DNA of 63,042 bases, the filler included, from Folioceros fuciformis (taxonomy: Eukaryota), in the NCBI GenBank assembly GCA_049999805.1. It is 34 parts of 34 records of this genome, joined end to end, with 100 filler letters (N's around TTAATTAATTAA, not from the genome) between each part and the next. Parts side by side here need not be neighbours in the genome. Positions count along the whole stretch, not along the records: positions 46,621 to 48,872 come from JBNGIO010002593.1; positions 48,973 to 52,495 come from JBNGIO010002594.1; positions 52,596 to 53,780 come from JBNGIO010002595.1; positions 53,881 to 55,257 come from JBNGIO010002596.1; positions 55,358 to 60,271 come from JBNGIO010002597.1; 29 more parts are not named here. One strand, written 5' to 3'. Below, one piece after another: positions 48,089 through 60,371 of this stretch. Both the position numbers and the translations under genes were made by a program. The notes under the pieces are model-generated. The model made no database searches and was not told the origin of the DNA. It saw nothing but the letters and a program-made list of their open reading frames with translations. Every line of letters begins with the position of its first letter. Positions within the stretch are counted from its first letter, which is position 1.

Positions 48089-48728
48089 TATATCTGTTTA
48101 AACGTCATTGATATATATATATATATATATCAATGATGGGGCTCCACCCTCGGCCTCATGCCTCTCCTTCATCCCCCATCCTTAGCAGAGCCAGGAACAC
48201 CATGAAGCGCCTGCCCCCTCCTTAGCTCCGCTTTGAGAATTTTTTTTTTGAGAATTCTTAAATAAATCGCACACAATTTTCAGTGTCCCGTGTGGGAAAA
48301 TGTCTATATTTGGAATGATGCACTAAACGAACACGGCCAAAAATGATCTTTTGGGGTATATACCCTTAGATATTTAAAATGGGTAAATACCCTTAGATAC
48401 TTTAAATGAAAACCATAAAATAGTCCAGCCTCCCAGACATCTAGGAGTTACTATATACATATTTCCTTGATCTCTTGCTTTTTATGGTTTCCCATTGCTT
48501 CCATTCTTGCCTACCTACAATTCATTTTTGGCATTATCACATCTTTTTTCATTATTCTCTCGTTTACTTATTTAATTTTTTTATTTTTATTTTTTTAATG
48601 CAAATTACCAGGAAGTTCATGCTAATTATAACCGCATTCAAATTAGCTTCCAGTATCAGGGTGTCATTTTGACCACGTACAGAGCTTGGTCCCGGTCCCC
48701 ACAATTAGGAAAATTAGTAAATTCTTAC

Positions 48729-48872
48729 CTGCAACCCATTGCTATCAGAAGTGCCTGCATTTCCATTGGATACCATGACACATCCTTCGCACATGCCTAC
48801 AACAACTGAACTTGAGTGAACTGCTAGAGCTTGTGGATAAAGCCTGTGAAAGGCGGCCTCCAGAGTCCAGCT
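48729..48872 (-). CDS. Possible exon fragment (weak VPS8-like WD segment)
   Basis: Open frame PQALAVHSSSVVVGMCEGCVMV ending at a CAG/GTAAG donor. Confidence 0.25.
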
Positions 48873-50088
48873 NNNNNNNNNNNNNNNNNNNNNNNNNNNN
48901 NNNNNNNNNNNNNNNNTTAATTAATTAANNNNNNNNNNNNNNNNNNNNNNNNNNNNNNNNNNNNNNNNNNNNCCCTGCACACTCTTCATGATGAGCACGT
49001 TGTACACGTGCTTTGCAGGGTCTCGTCAACTCCTCCTTAACAAGACTGCCGTATGTATATGTACAGTGCAGTGCAGGTGAAAGCAGATTGGTAGCCAGTA
49101 TGCCGAGGAGTATGAAGGCACAAGAGCTTGGCAGTTCACAGGAAGCAAGTGAAAGTAGCAATCCCATCACAATCCAGGCAATGCGAGGCACATATCTAGA
49201 CTTTTACTTAACGGCACTTCCTCGTCTAGTCACGTCCAGGACCGCGTTGCCGTTTCGGCCTTCAAGATACCAACTGACCCAACTGCGTGATGAGAAATAG
49301 AGACCGTGATACCATGGCTCGCTTAAAAGATCTTGGGGTATGTAGGTTGGAATGCACTTAACGTTGACAAGCCTTAAATGAAATTCTTGCTCTTCTTACG
49401 GAGGTTGATAAGCAATTAACTGTTTTGTAGAATTACAGTCAAATCGTGCTAATTGGGACCCATTGGGAATCCTTTATCCCAGGCTTACTACCTTCAATGT
49501 GTGCTGAATGGAAACCTGTAATTTGTAAATAGGAATATGTTTCTTAAATATTCAATGCAAGCATGAAGATTTATATATTTTTAAGAAAAATAAAAATTAA
49601 GGATATTGTGGTATTAATATTAAATTTTGAGTTATTGAGATTATGTCAAGTTAAAGGTTATGGAGATTATATCATAAAACATAGATAGCCATCGAGATTG
49701 GGACTCCATTAGTATGCACTCAAAGAAATGGGACACCAGCTAGCCTCCCTCTTTTGGTTTTCGAAACCTAGATGCAAAGACCCACGAAGGCACCAGTTGG
49801 CCGGCATCCTCCTCCTCCCATACTAATAATGACGATATACGCAGGGCGCTGGCCAGCATGTTTCACTTGTACCATTACAATCAAACCCCTCTAATTCAGA
49901 CCCCTATAAATGGGAACCCCCTTTAAATGAGACGCTTGAGCTTACTCCCTTGAATGTGCTACATGCTAAATGGGAAACCCCTCTAATTTGTAAATGGGAA
50001 CATGTCTCCCAAACATTCAATGCAAGTACACCTCTATAAAAGGGAAAATACACTTTTTTTAAATAAAATAAATTGAGAAAATCGTCTT

Positions 50089-52495
50089 TGTAGGGTTATT
50101 AAAGCCCGATGTGCTTAGACTAATGTGAGTAGTCTAATTAAACTAATGTGATTAGTCTAATTAAACTCATGTGATTAGTTTAATTAGACTAATGTTATTA
50201 GTCTAAGATTAGTGTATAATTAAGTATCATTAGTTTAGATTAGCTTAAGCTAATCTTTAGGAAGCTTCCTGCATAGCTTCCTGTAAGCTTCTTGTGAAGC
50301 TTCCTGCATAGCTTTCTGTGAGCTTCTTGTGAAGCTTCCTACATAGCTTCCTTTGAGCTTCTTGTGAAGCTTCCTCCATAGCTTCCTGTGAGCTTCTTGT
50401 GAAGCTTCCTTAGGAGCTTTTCTAGAGGGTATAAATACCCTTTTGAGCTCCCTTTGCAACAGAGCTGTGAGAGACACTGTGAGACCTCTCTTTCTCCTCT
50501 CCTCCTCTCTTCCTCTCCTCTCCTCCTCTCTTCCTCTCCTCTCCTCTTCTCCTTCATCATGTGGCTCCCTTTCCGATCCTTCAACTAGTATCAGAGCGAG
50601 GTTGTGGAGCTAGGACTGTGGAGCAGAGGGTGATGGCAGGTGCTGTGGACGAGGTGCACCGAGGCATGAGGAAGGCTTCGGAGTGAAGGAAGAATCCTGG
50701 TGGCCGTTTGAGGCCACCTGCTGCCCGGAGTGCAACAGGCTCCAGCCGTGCCTTGCTTAGGTTGTGGCAGCAATATCGGCATCGCGAGGCGCCATGGGTG
50801 CCAGGCCGCAAGCGCAAGCAATGTGGGCGCACCGGAGCGCCACAGTAAGCGCGGGCGGAATGCGCCAGACCGCGGGGGCGCCGCCATGGGCACAGCGGGC
50901 TCGGACGCCGTGGGCGCTGCCGGCACCAGTCGTGAACGTGGGTGTCATGCGCAGTAGTTAGGACATGGGCATGGGCGAATTCAGTCGAGAGCGACCGAAT
51001 TCCGACCGTAGACGGTCGAGTTAATCTTGCAATGCCAAGAGGGCCAGAATCGGACTTGGGCCCATCGTGTCAGCCTAAATTGTGGACAGTCGTGAGGGTA
51101 ACTTTCAGAATCTATATTACATTTTCGATCGTTTTTTAACTAGCCTTTTTACTTGATTGGTATCGATTTTGAAATATGCGTCCTCAGAAAACATCATGTT
51201 CAACATAAAGAAGTTAGATGGTATTAACTTCCCGTTCTTGAAAGAACAAGTCTACAATGTTCTAGTGCAGAAGAAGCAGATCAAGCCGATAAAGTTGCTA
51301 GGAGTGAAACTCTTTAGCATAACTCAGAATGAGTGGCGGGATCTAAATGAGCTTGTTAGGTCTATCATCATGCTAACATTGTCGAAGTCGGTCTACTTCA
51401 ACGTGAAAGACAAGACCACAAGTTACGAGCTATGGCAAAAGTTGTGTGACCTGTATGAGAAGCAAAGTGCGGCTTCTCATGTGTACTAGTTGAAACAGCT
51501 GGTGGACTTGAAGATGAAGGAAGGGACGAGGATGTCCGATCATCTAAATGAGTTCAATACCATTTTCAGCCAGCTCTCAGCTCAAGGTATCTCGTTCCCA
51601 GATTCCGTGAGAGCTATGTTTTTGTTGGTCACATTACCAGAGAGCTGGGACACCTTTCGTACAGCTCTGAGTAATTCCGTTCCTGCCAGTGGTCTTACCG
51701 TTGTAAATGTAGAAGGTAGCCTATTAACAGAGGAGGTGAACAGGAAGAACATGGAACCTTCGAAAGGTTCCAATGCCCTCATGGTGAGAGGAAGGTCTAC
51801 TTCAAAGGGGAAGTACAAGGAGCGAAGTCTTTCCCGTAGTAAGTCTCGTAGTCGTAACAATGTTAAATGTTATCATTGTCACAAGAAGGGTCACATCAGG
51901 AAGGACTGCGAGAAGTTCAAGAAGGACAAAGAAAAGGAAAAGAAGCAGAGCGGCAACAAGGCGAGCTCAAGTACCAAGCCTAACGAGGTGAATTCTGTTG
52001 ACGATGGAGATGTTCTTATCTCTTCTTCCTTCGATTCTGCACAACTAACAGCTGTGGATAGTCATTTATTCTCTAATTGGATAATTGACTCTGGAGCATC
52101 TTTCCATGTTACTCCACATAGGGAGTGATTTAGCACTTATGATGCTACTAGGAAAGGATGTGTTCAGCTTGGAAATAACTACGCGTGCGAGATTGCAGGC
52201 CTAAGTGATGTGCAGCTGAAGTTCCACAACGGATCTTCATTCACATTGAAGGATGTTAGGCATGTTCTGAAGTTGACAAAAAGCATGATTAGCGCAGGGT
52301 AGTTGGATGACGCTGGCTACCACTATTGGTTTGGAGATCGTTCTTGGAAAATCTCCAAAGGTTCTCTTGTGTTAGCTCGTGGATCGAAGTGTGGCACTTT
52401 GTACTCACTTCAGGTAACCACTGTCAAGGATCATGTGATTTGTGTAACGGAACAACCAAGTGTTTCCTTATGGCATAGTCGGTTAGGACATATGT
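50089..52495 (+). mobile_element. Copia family A: 5' LTR (50089-50583), tRNA-Met PBS, gag-protease-GAG-pre-integrase with stops
   Basis: TG...CA LTR; TAGTATCAGAGC at 50586 (one mismatch to TGGTATCAGAGC); KLDGINF, CCHC knuckle, WIIDSGAS, LWHSRLGHM. Confidence 0.95.
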
Positions 52496-52595
52496 NNNNN
52501 NNNNNNNNNNNNNNNNNNNNNNNNNNNNNNNNNNNNNNNTTAATTAATTAANNNNNNNNNNNNNNNNNNNNNNNNNNNNNNNNNNNNNNNNNNNN

Positions 52596-53780
52596 TACTA
52601 ATTAAATACTAGTAAATAGTAAAGAGATAATATCTTATAGAAAGTATAAATAATTAAATCTTTTTTATATAGTTTCTATTTAGAATAGTAAATATTATAA
52701 AGTATATATTTATATAAATTACTAATCTAAGTATACTATAAATATAGTTTCTATAATAGAGTATCTATATACTCTACCTATTTTTACTTTAGTCTCTTTA
52801 CTAATAATAATTAGAGAAAGAGGTTAATTATTTATAAATATAATTAAAATAATAAATTATAGATACTAAGAAGACGTAGTAAGAAATTCTTAATAAGTTA
52901 GTAGAAAATTAAGCTTATCTTACTTATCTTTATAAATAGAAGAAGTATATTAATAAGAAGTCTACTATATAGTCTACTACTTTAAAGGCTAAGTTAAACT
53001 ATAAGAAAACTAAGAAGACCTTACTATAAAATACTATAAATAAGAGTTTAACTCTAGTAAGTAATATAAGTTTTACTAGTACTAAAAGAAGTTAGTAGAT
53101 CTCTATAGATTTCTTTCTTAATTAGTAACTAAAAGAAGCTATATTACTATTAGCCTTATAGAATTTTAACTTTAGTAGCCTTTTAGTAACTTAGAGTTAA
53201 GGTTTTCTTTAAATTTCTATATATTTTTCTATAGTTTCTCTTTAGTATCTATACTACTCTATTTAAGTAGGTAATATATCTTACTATTTCTCTATTCTAT
53301 ATTTAGTATTTTCTTAACTTTTTATTCTAGTTTATCTTCTCTATAAGTCTTTAAATTATAGACCTTAGGTTTAGTATCTTATAGTACTTTCTTTAGTAAT
53401 ACTACGTAAAATACTAGGTATATTCTTATATTTTATAGTAGATTAAGTTAGTAATTTACTAGGCTAACTTATTCTATTATCTTATATAGTCTAATTTTAA
53501 CGTAGTTAAGTTTTAGACTAGGCTTTTAACTTTTAATATTTTTTTATAAAAGCTATACCTTCTTTTTTTTTTAAAAAGATAGTACTTTCTTATACTTTTT
53601 ATTATAGTATTTATCTATTCTATTATATAAAAAGATTATATCTTCTCTTAGTAGTTTCTATATAAGTTAAATTTATTTAATTCTTTTTTCTACTACTTTA
53701 TTATATTTTAGAGTTTCTCTAGGTTTTTATTCTATTCTTACTTCTATTCTATAGTTTATAAAGAATAGTAATATTCTTAT
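52596..53780. other. AT-rich contig with RIP signature
   Basis: CpA and TpG virtually absent, TpA enriched. Confidence 0.85.
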
Positions 53781-53880
53781 NNNNNNNNNNNNNNNNNNNN
53801 NNNNNNNNNNNNNNNNNNNNNNNNTTAATTAATTAANNNNNNNNNNNNNNNNNNNNNNNNNNNNNNNNNNNNNNNNNNNN

Positions 53881-55257
53881 AAGCTTTTAAGATATATATA
53901 GAGACCTATAATATCTAATTAAATAGATAGAATACCTAGACTTAGAAAATATATAGAAATCTAAGTCTAATCTTATAAACTATAGAAAGAAGTTAAAAGA
54001 ATTCTAGAAAGAATAAAAATAAATAAGAACTTACTATTAATCTATAAAGAAAATATTTTTAAGTAAAAAATTACTTTTAAGCTATAATAGAGTAAAAATA
54101 GACTAATTTAATATACTAGTATTAGGTATTAATCTATTTTCTAATATCTTAATTTTTTTATTTATATTCTTAAGACTCTTTAGAATCTCTAACTTATTAG
54201 CTAACTTACTAGAATTACTAGCCTACTTCTACTTATAATACTATAATAGCTTCTATTATTTCTATAAATAGTTTTTCTTTAAATATACTACTAAAAGAGT
54301 ATCTAAAGCTACTTTCTCTACTATATTAGCTTTAGCTTTTTATATATCTAAGTAAGTAATCTTTTTATTTAATCTTATAAAGTTTAGAGTAAAGATATTA
54401 ACTAGTTTATAATTTTTTATTCTATTATAATAATAGTTTCTATACTTTTCTTATAATAATAATATTTTATACTCTAGCTTCTTTTTTATATAATACTTAT
54501 ATAAAACTATTATAGAGTAGCTAGTTATATTTATATAGTCTCTAATAGTATAATAATTAGTAGTACTTTTAGAAACTATAGTTAGTTTATAAAGATAAGA
54601 ACTAGAAAGAAAGAAATAGTATAATAAACCTAAAGAATAAAGTACTATACTAGATAATCTAGTACGCGTAGATAGTTTAACGCCTATCTAGTAATATTAA
54701 AACTAACTATAAAATAATGCTATATAATTATACTCTTAAGCTTAAACTACTAGATTTTTTAGTAGAGTATTTTTTAAGGTATAATAATAATTTATTACTA
54801 TAGAAATTATATTAGAGTTTAGATTATATAGCTATAGTATAACTAGATTAGTATAGAGCGTAATATAGTACTTAATACCTTTCTACTAATACTATTATAC
54901 CTAGTCGCTTTATTATTTAATTTTAGTATAGTAGATTATTTTTTTATAGTTTTCTTTTCTTTTTAGAAAATCTTTAAAGCTATTTAAAGTTATTATACTA
55001 TTTTTTAAGCTACTTTTTAGATAGCCTTTTTAGTAGCCTTCTTAGCTTTTTTCTTTACTTAATCTATTATAGCTATAGCTTACGCTATATAGTATAACTT
55101 CTTTTTATATATTTTATTCTACTTCTATTAATCTTAGAGTAGCTATTTCTTTACTTTTTAGTATTATACTTACTACTCTTTAAGCTTTCTTTAGTATTAG
55201 TACTTATAAGTCTTCTAAACTTTCTAGAGTAACTAAAAAATAACTTCTCTATAATAC
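53881..55257. other. AT-rich contig with RIP signature, containing a chromodomain relic (53909-54008, plus strand)
   Basis: *YLIK*IEYLDLENI*KSKSNL reverts to QYLIKWxGYPDSENTWEPESNL using only T-to-C and A-to-G changes. Confidence 0.8.
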
Positions 55258-55486
55258 NNNNNNNNNNNNNNNNNNNNNNNNNNNNNNNNNNNNNNNNNNN
55301 NTTAATTAATTAANNNNNNNNNNNNNNNNNNNNNNNNNNNNNNNNNNNNNNNNNNNNCGTTTATAAGTGACTTTTCGTAATTAGGTTTAGGAACATATTA
55401 AACCGAAGAGACCATAGTGTTTTAATTAATTCAATCTTTTTGCTTTGCATCCACCGTTCGCGTTCAGCCTTGAACGTTGGCATCTC

Positions 55487-57006
55487 CAGGAAGAGGTATT
55501 CATGCAACAACCAGAGGGTTTCATTGAGAAGGGAAAAGAGAATCTAGTGTGCAGGTTAAAGAAGAGCCTTTATGGTTTGAAGCAGGCACCCAGGGAGTGG
55601 TATTTCAAGTTCCACTCATTTATGCTTTCTCAAGGCTACAAGCGTAGCGATGAGGATCCTTGCCTCTATACGAAGCAAGCTAAGGATGGAAGCTTGCTCA
55701 TTCCGGTCCTCTATGTGGATAATATGCTAATTGCTGGGACTAACAGTGATGAGATTTCAACGTTGAAGTCAAAATTGAATGGTCGCTTTGACATGACAGA
55801 CTTGGGAGAGGCAAGACATATTCTTGGCATGCGTATTCGTCGAGACAGACAGAAGCGTTTGCTGTACTTGTCTCAGACTGAATACATTAACAAGGTGCTT
55901 CAACGCTTCAATATGGAGAAGGGGAAGATATTAAGTACTCCGTTGCCTCCATATGTGAAACTGTCGAGCAAGGATTGCCCAAGCTCTACGGAGGACAAAG
56001 CTGAAATGGAGAAGGTTCCATACTCATCAGCTGTAGGGAGTTTGATGTATGCAATGATTGCTACACGTCCTGACATTGCCTTTGCAGTGGGAGTGGTTAG
56101 CAGGTTTATATCAAACCCTGGCAGGAAGCATTGGGAGGCAGTGAAAGGAGTTATGAGGTACTTGAATGGTACAAAAGCTTTGTGCTTATGTTTTGATAGT
56201 GAAGATGCATCTGTCGTGGGCTATACGGATGTTGATTATGCAGGGGATATGGACAAAAGGAGGTCCACATCAGGTTATGTCTTCATGTGCACTGGAGGGG
56301 CAGTTTCATGGCGATCGCGTTTGCAATCGTGCATAACGCTATCTACCACAGAGGCCGAGTATGTTGCAGCGACTGAGGCATGCAAGGAAGCCATGTGGCT
56401 TGCTCCTTTAGTGGGAGATTTGGGGATCAAGATTGAGCTGCCAGTGTTGCATTGTGATAGCCAGAGTGCTATCCAATTGGCGAAGAATCCAGTGTTTCAT
56501 GCGAAGACCAAACATGTAGAAGTGAAGTATCACTTCATTCGAGAGGTGTTGGAAGACAAGAGGGTACAACTTGTCAAAGTTCACACCAGTCAGAACCCTG
56601 GAGATGTTCTCACCAAGGGGCTCTCTTCGGAGCAATTCGCACAAGCTCGGACACTCATGGGCATGAGGTAGATCACTCTCCTATCAAGGTAATTGGCCTT
56701 TAAGGGGGCGGTTGTAGGGTTATTAAAGCCCAATGTGCCTAGACTAATGTGTTTAGTCTAAGATTAGTGTCTAGTTAAGTATCATTAGTTTAGATTAGCT
56801 TAAGCTAATCTCTACGAAGCTTCTTGTGCGACTTCCTGTGGGCTTCTTGTGAAGCTTCCTAGGGAGCTCTTCTAGAGGGTATAAATACCCCCTTGAGCTC
56901 CCTTATATGTGTGACTCTATTGTGAGAGTGTGACCTCTCTTTCTCCTCTCCTCCTTGCCTCCTCCTCTCCTCTCCTTCACCATGTAGCTCCTAGAGCGTT
57001 TCTTCA
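55487..57006 (+). mobile_element. Copia family A RT, RNase H, polypurine tract and 3' LTR (56713-57006)
   Basis: LKKSLYGLKQAPREW, LYVDNML (YVDD mutated), TEAEY, DVLTKGL. The LTR is homologous to 50089-50583. Confidence 0.95.
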
Positions 57007-58810
57007 GATACCAGTTTTCTGCTAGGAGGAAGTTTAGTTATCTCCCAGGTATCATTTTCAATTAAGGAATCGTATTCCGATTGAATGGCTTTCTCCCATT
57101 CCTTATGATCAGGTCGACTTAAAGCTTCCTGTAGAGACTTAGGCTCAAGTGGGTCCAGGAAAGTGAGAGAGTGTGCATGAGCATAGGAGGAGATAGGTCT
57201 AAAGTCAGGCGCTTGATAATAATCAGGTGCTCAACGTTCTCTAGCAGGGTAACGACGTACTGGCTGTGGGGTTAGGACAAGTAGCTGCTCGTCAGGAGGA
57301 GGTTGTTGCTACAAATCATCAAAGTTATGATCTTCTGCATCCACTACTAACTCTTCCTGTTGAGGCACTAGTTGACCTTGTTGATCTTCCCCCCTTGCAG
57401 GAGCAACATCCTCATGAGGAGAATCATCAAACAAAGTTACATCATTGAAAGAGAAAGATGTATCATCAGCCTCCAGAGTGGGAGAAGCTCCCACTGAAGG
57501 TAGAAAGTTTCCCTCATCAAATGTAACACTACGTGAGTAAATCACTTTGTCACGAGAGATGTCATAGAGTTTGTAAGCTTTTATCCCCTCTGCGTAGCCA
57601 ATCATAAGAAGTCTTCTAGCCTTTGCAGATAATTTCTTTCTATTATCCTTAGGAATGAAGGCATAAGCAATACACCCAAAGGTACAAAGATGTTGAATAG
57701 AAGGTTTTCTGTAAAGAAATGCTTCATAAGGTGTCCCCCCTTCAACAGCAATGGTTGGCAATCTGTTTAACGGGTAAACAGATGTCATAAGGGCTTCGGC
57801 CCAATATGGTAGGGGTAAAGCTGCATGATGCAGCAGTGAAGAGACCATCTCCTGAAGAGTGAGGTTGAGGCGTTCTGCAACGCTATTCTGCTATGGCGTG
57901 TAAACAACGGTAAGTTGTCTGCCAATCCCTTCATTTGCACAAAATGTTTGAAACTCATTTGAAGTGTATTCGCCCCCATTTTCTGAACGAAGTGTTTTTA
58001 ATTGTTGTCTAGTCCATCTCTCTACATACTTTATGTATTCTTTGAATAGAGAGAAACATTCACGTTTAGCCTTCAGTATATAAGCTGTAACAAAACATGT
58101 TTTGTCATCTGTGAGTGTGAGGAAATAACGACCTCCACCAATAGAGGGCTGTGAAAGGGGTCCACATATATTAGTATGGACCAATTCAAGCACTTTAGAA
58201 GCTCGATGTGGAGCCTTATTCTTGAAGGCAGCCTGATAGCGCTTAGAAAGTACATATGCTTCATAAAGAGGCAAGGGAAGCAATGAACCAATTTGGCCAT
58301 CATGATACAAGTCACTTGTAGCCAACTACTGTGACTTGGAACTATGTGGATGACCTAAACGGGCATGCCATAACTTCACCTTTTCAATTTGCTTTGCAGA
58401 AGCATCAACAGCATGTGAAGCTAAGTGAGTTTGTGCAGCACCATGTGCAGCATTGGTGTGAAGACGAAAAAGATCATTGTCAGATGATCCATATGCCAAG
58501 ACCTTATGAGGATCAATGGCATCTATGATCTTACATTCTATAGGTGTAAACAGGATGTGTGTATTGTTATTCATGTTTAGCTTTCTAACAGATATAAGGT
58601 TCCTTGTCATCTCATGTACGTAATATACATCTGTGAGCAACAGAGCAATGCCTGAAGGAACTTTAAAGTTTACTGTTCCTTGTCCAGGAGACACAAGGGA
58701 TCTATTATTACCCAAGTAAACAAATTAATCTGTTACTGGCTGATAAGTTGCAAAGGCATTGCTATCAAAACATATGTGCGCTGTTGCACTAGTGTCTAGG
58801 TACCATTCTT
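57007..58810 (-). mobile_element. Second Copia element: protease, GAG-pre-integrase, integrase and RT start, degenerate
   Basis: WYLDTSATAH, LWHARLGH, LELVHTNICGP, LRSENGGEY, WAEA, FGC, WEITKLP. Contains stops and frameshifts. Confidence 0.92.
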
Positions 58811-58832
58811 GGAATGATTTAACCTCAGTTCT

Positions 58833-60271
58833 TGTGGACAAACAGGTGGGATAAATAAGAGGGCAAGTGTGGGGGAAAATATTGCACCTAGGGGTGCTGC
58901 GAGGTCCACACAAACCCTCTTTATCGTTATAGCATTGGGATTCGATCCCAAGGGAATGATTTGTGTTAAATAACACAGGTTGTCTCACAAAGTCAATTAC
59001 TACCCCAGGTTAGTTTCGCACAGCTACTACTACCACCTATTCGGCTACCTTGACCTGACCGCGACTCCACTACCACCATCGCCCCCTCAACTACCTTACC
59101 GTCGGGCTACCTTGCGACCGGCCCGGCTACTCTGTCGCCCCTACGGCTACTACTGTTCTCGGCTACTTCCGTCTTTCCCTTGGCAACGGTTGCCCAACCG
59201 GCTACCTCAATGGGGTCCACACACTCTCTCTTTCTCTCTCTCTCCCTAACTCACACTTTTTTTCTCTCTCTCTAACTCACACTTTCTCTCTCTCTCTCTA
59301 ACTCCTCTTTCCCCGCTCTAATTTACCCCACGGCTTACTTTTCCGACTTATGCCTCCTGACGGTCACGTTCTACCCCCCTTGTTGGTGAACGTCCTCCCC
59401 TCACAACACACGCCCTTCCGACCACTCACGTCTACGCGCTGTCCCTCTTTGGGATTGAAGGCGTTTAGTTCATATACCCGTTCACATTTTTATACGACTC
59501 CTAATCAGTCAGCGCACCCTCATCGACTGCCATATTCTACTCCCATCCTCCGCCGGTCTCACACACCCACTCGTGCGTCCTCTTGCCTCAGTCTCACACA
59601 CATACAGTCATCTCTTTACCTCACGGTATTCCGTCTCAGCGCAGAGGGACATCTCGCTTTCGTCACACCCTTTTACTCCATGCACTTTCTTGTCGACCAC
59701 GACCACCCCGTCGCAGTGCCACACACCCGCTGATCAGCTCCTCAGCTCAATCTTTGCCAACCCCAGGCTCACACAGCCACAGTCACCACAATTATTCCGC
59801 CACACAACCTCTTCCTTCTAACACCGCCACCCTCACCACCCATGGCTGCTCACCGCTTTCGCAACATCAATCACTCCGACTCGCATTACTCCTCCTCCAA
59901 CATACATTCATTGGCACTCTTACACACACACCCTCTCATTTTTCAACCCACTCATGACTCTCAACATACTCCTCCACCTCGCCCGCCCAAGGCCTCTCTT
60001 CCCTCTGAAATTGAAGGAATGGTGGGTCACCGAAGGCTAAGGGAAGGGGTATCCACTTCCACTCCGGACTCGTGGATTTGGCCTCCAGCACCTTAACCAC
60101 TCCACGCAACCGTCACAAGAATAGCTGGGGAGTTCGTCTCCCACTGGGTGAGGTCTCTCCTCCCGATTCGTTCCCGGTTTCCGATTACAAAGCATCCACC
60201 ACTTGCATCCACACCTTCAGAACACTACGTGCGCTTGCTTGCCTGGACCTCCTGTCCAGCAACGGCCATCG
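58833..60271 (+). mobile_element. Probable LTR/5' region of another retroelement
   Basis: Begins TGTGGAC next to the Copia protease, has CT-rich tracts, and its distal part is repeated at 38690. Confidence 0.5.
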
Positions 60272-60371
60272 NNNNNNNNNNNNNNNNNNNNNNNNNNNNN
60301 NNNNNNNNNNNNNNNTTAATTAATTAANNNNNNNNNNNNNNNNNNNNNNNNNNNNNNNNNNNNNNNNNNNN

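Noticed and set aside
1009-60371. Regularly recurring TTAATTAATTAA as a CRISPR-like or biological repeat
   Set aside because: It is always centred in 88 Ns and is an assembly linker. ORFs ending in X-runs/LIN are artefacts, and cross-contig gene clustering cannot be inferred.
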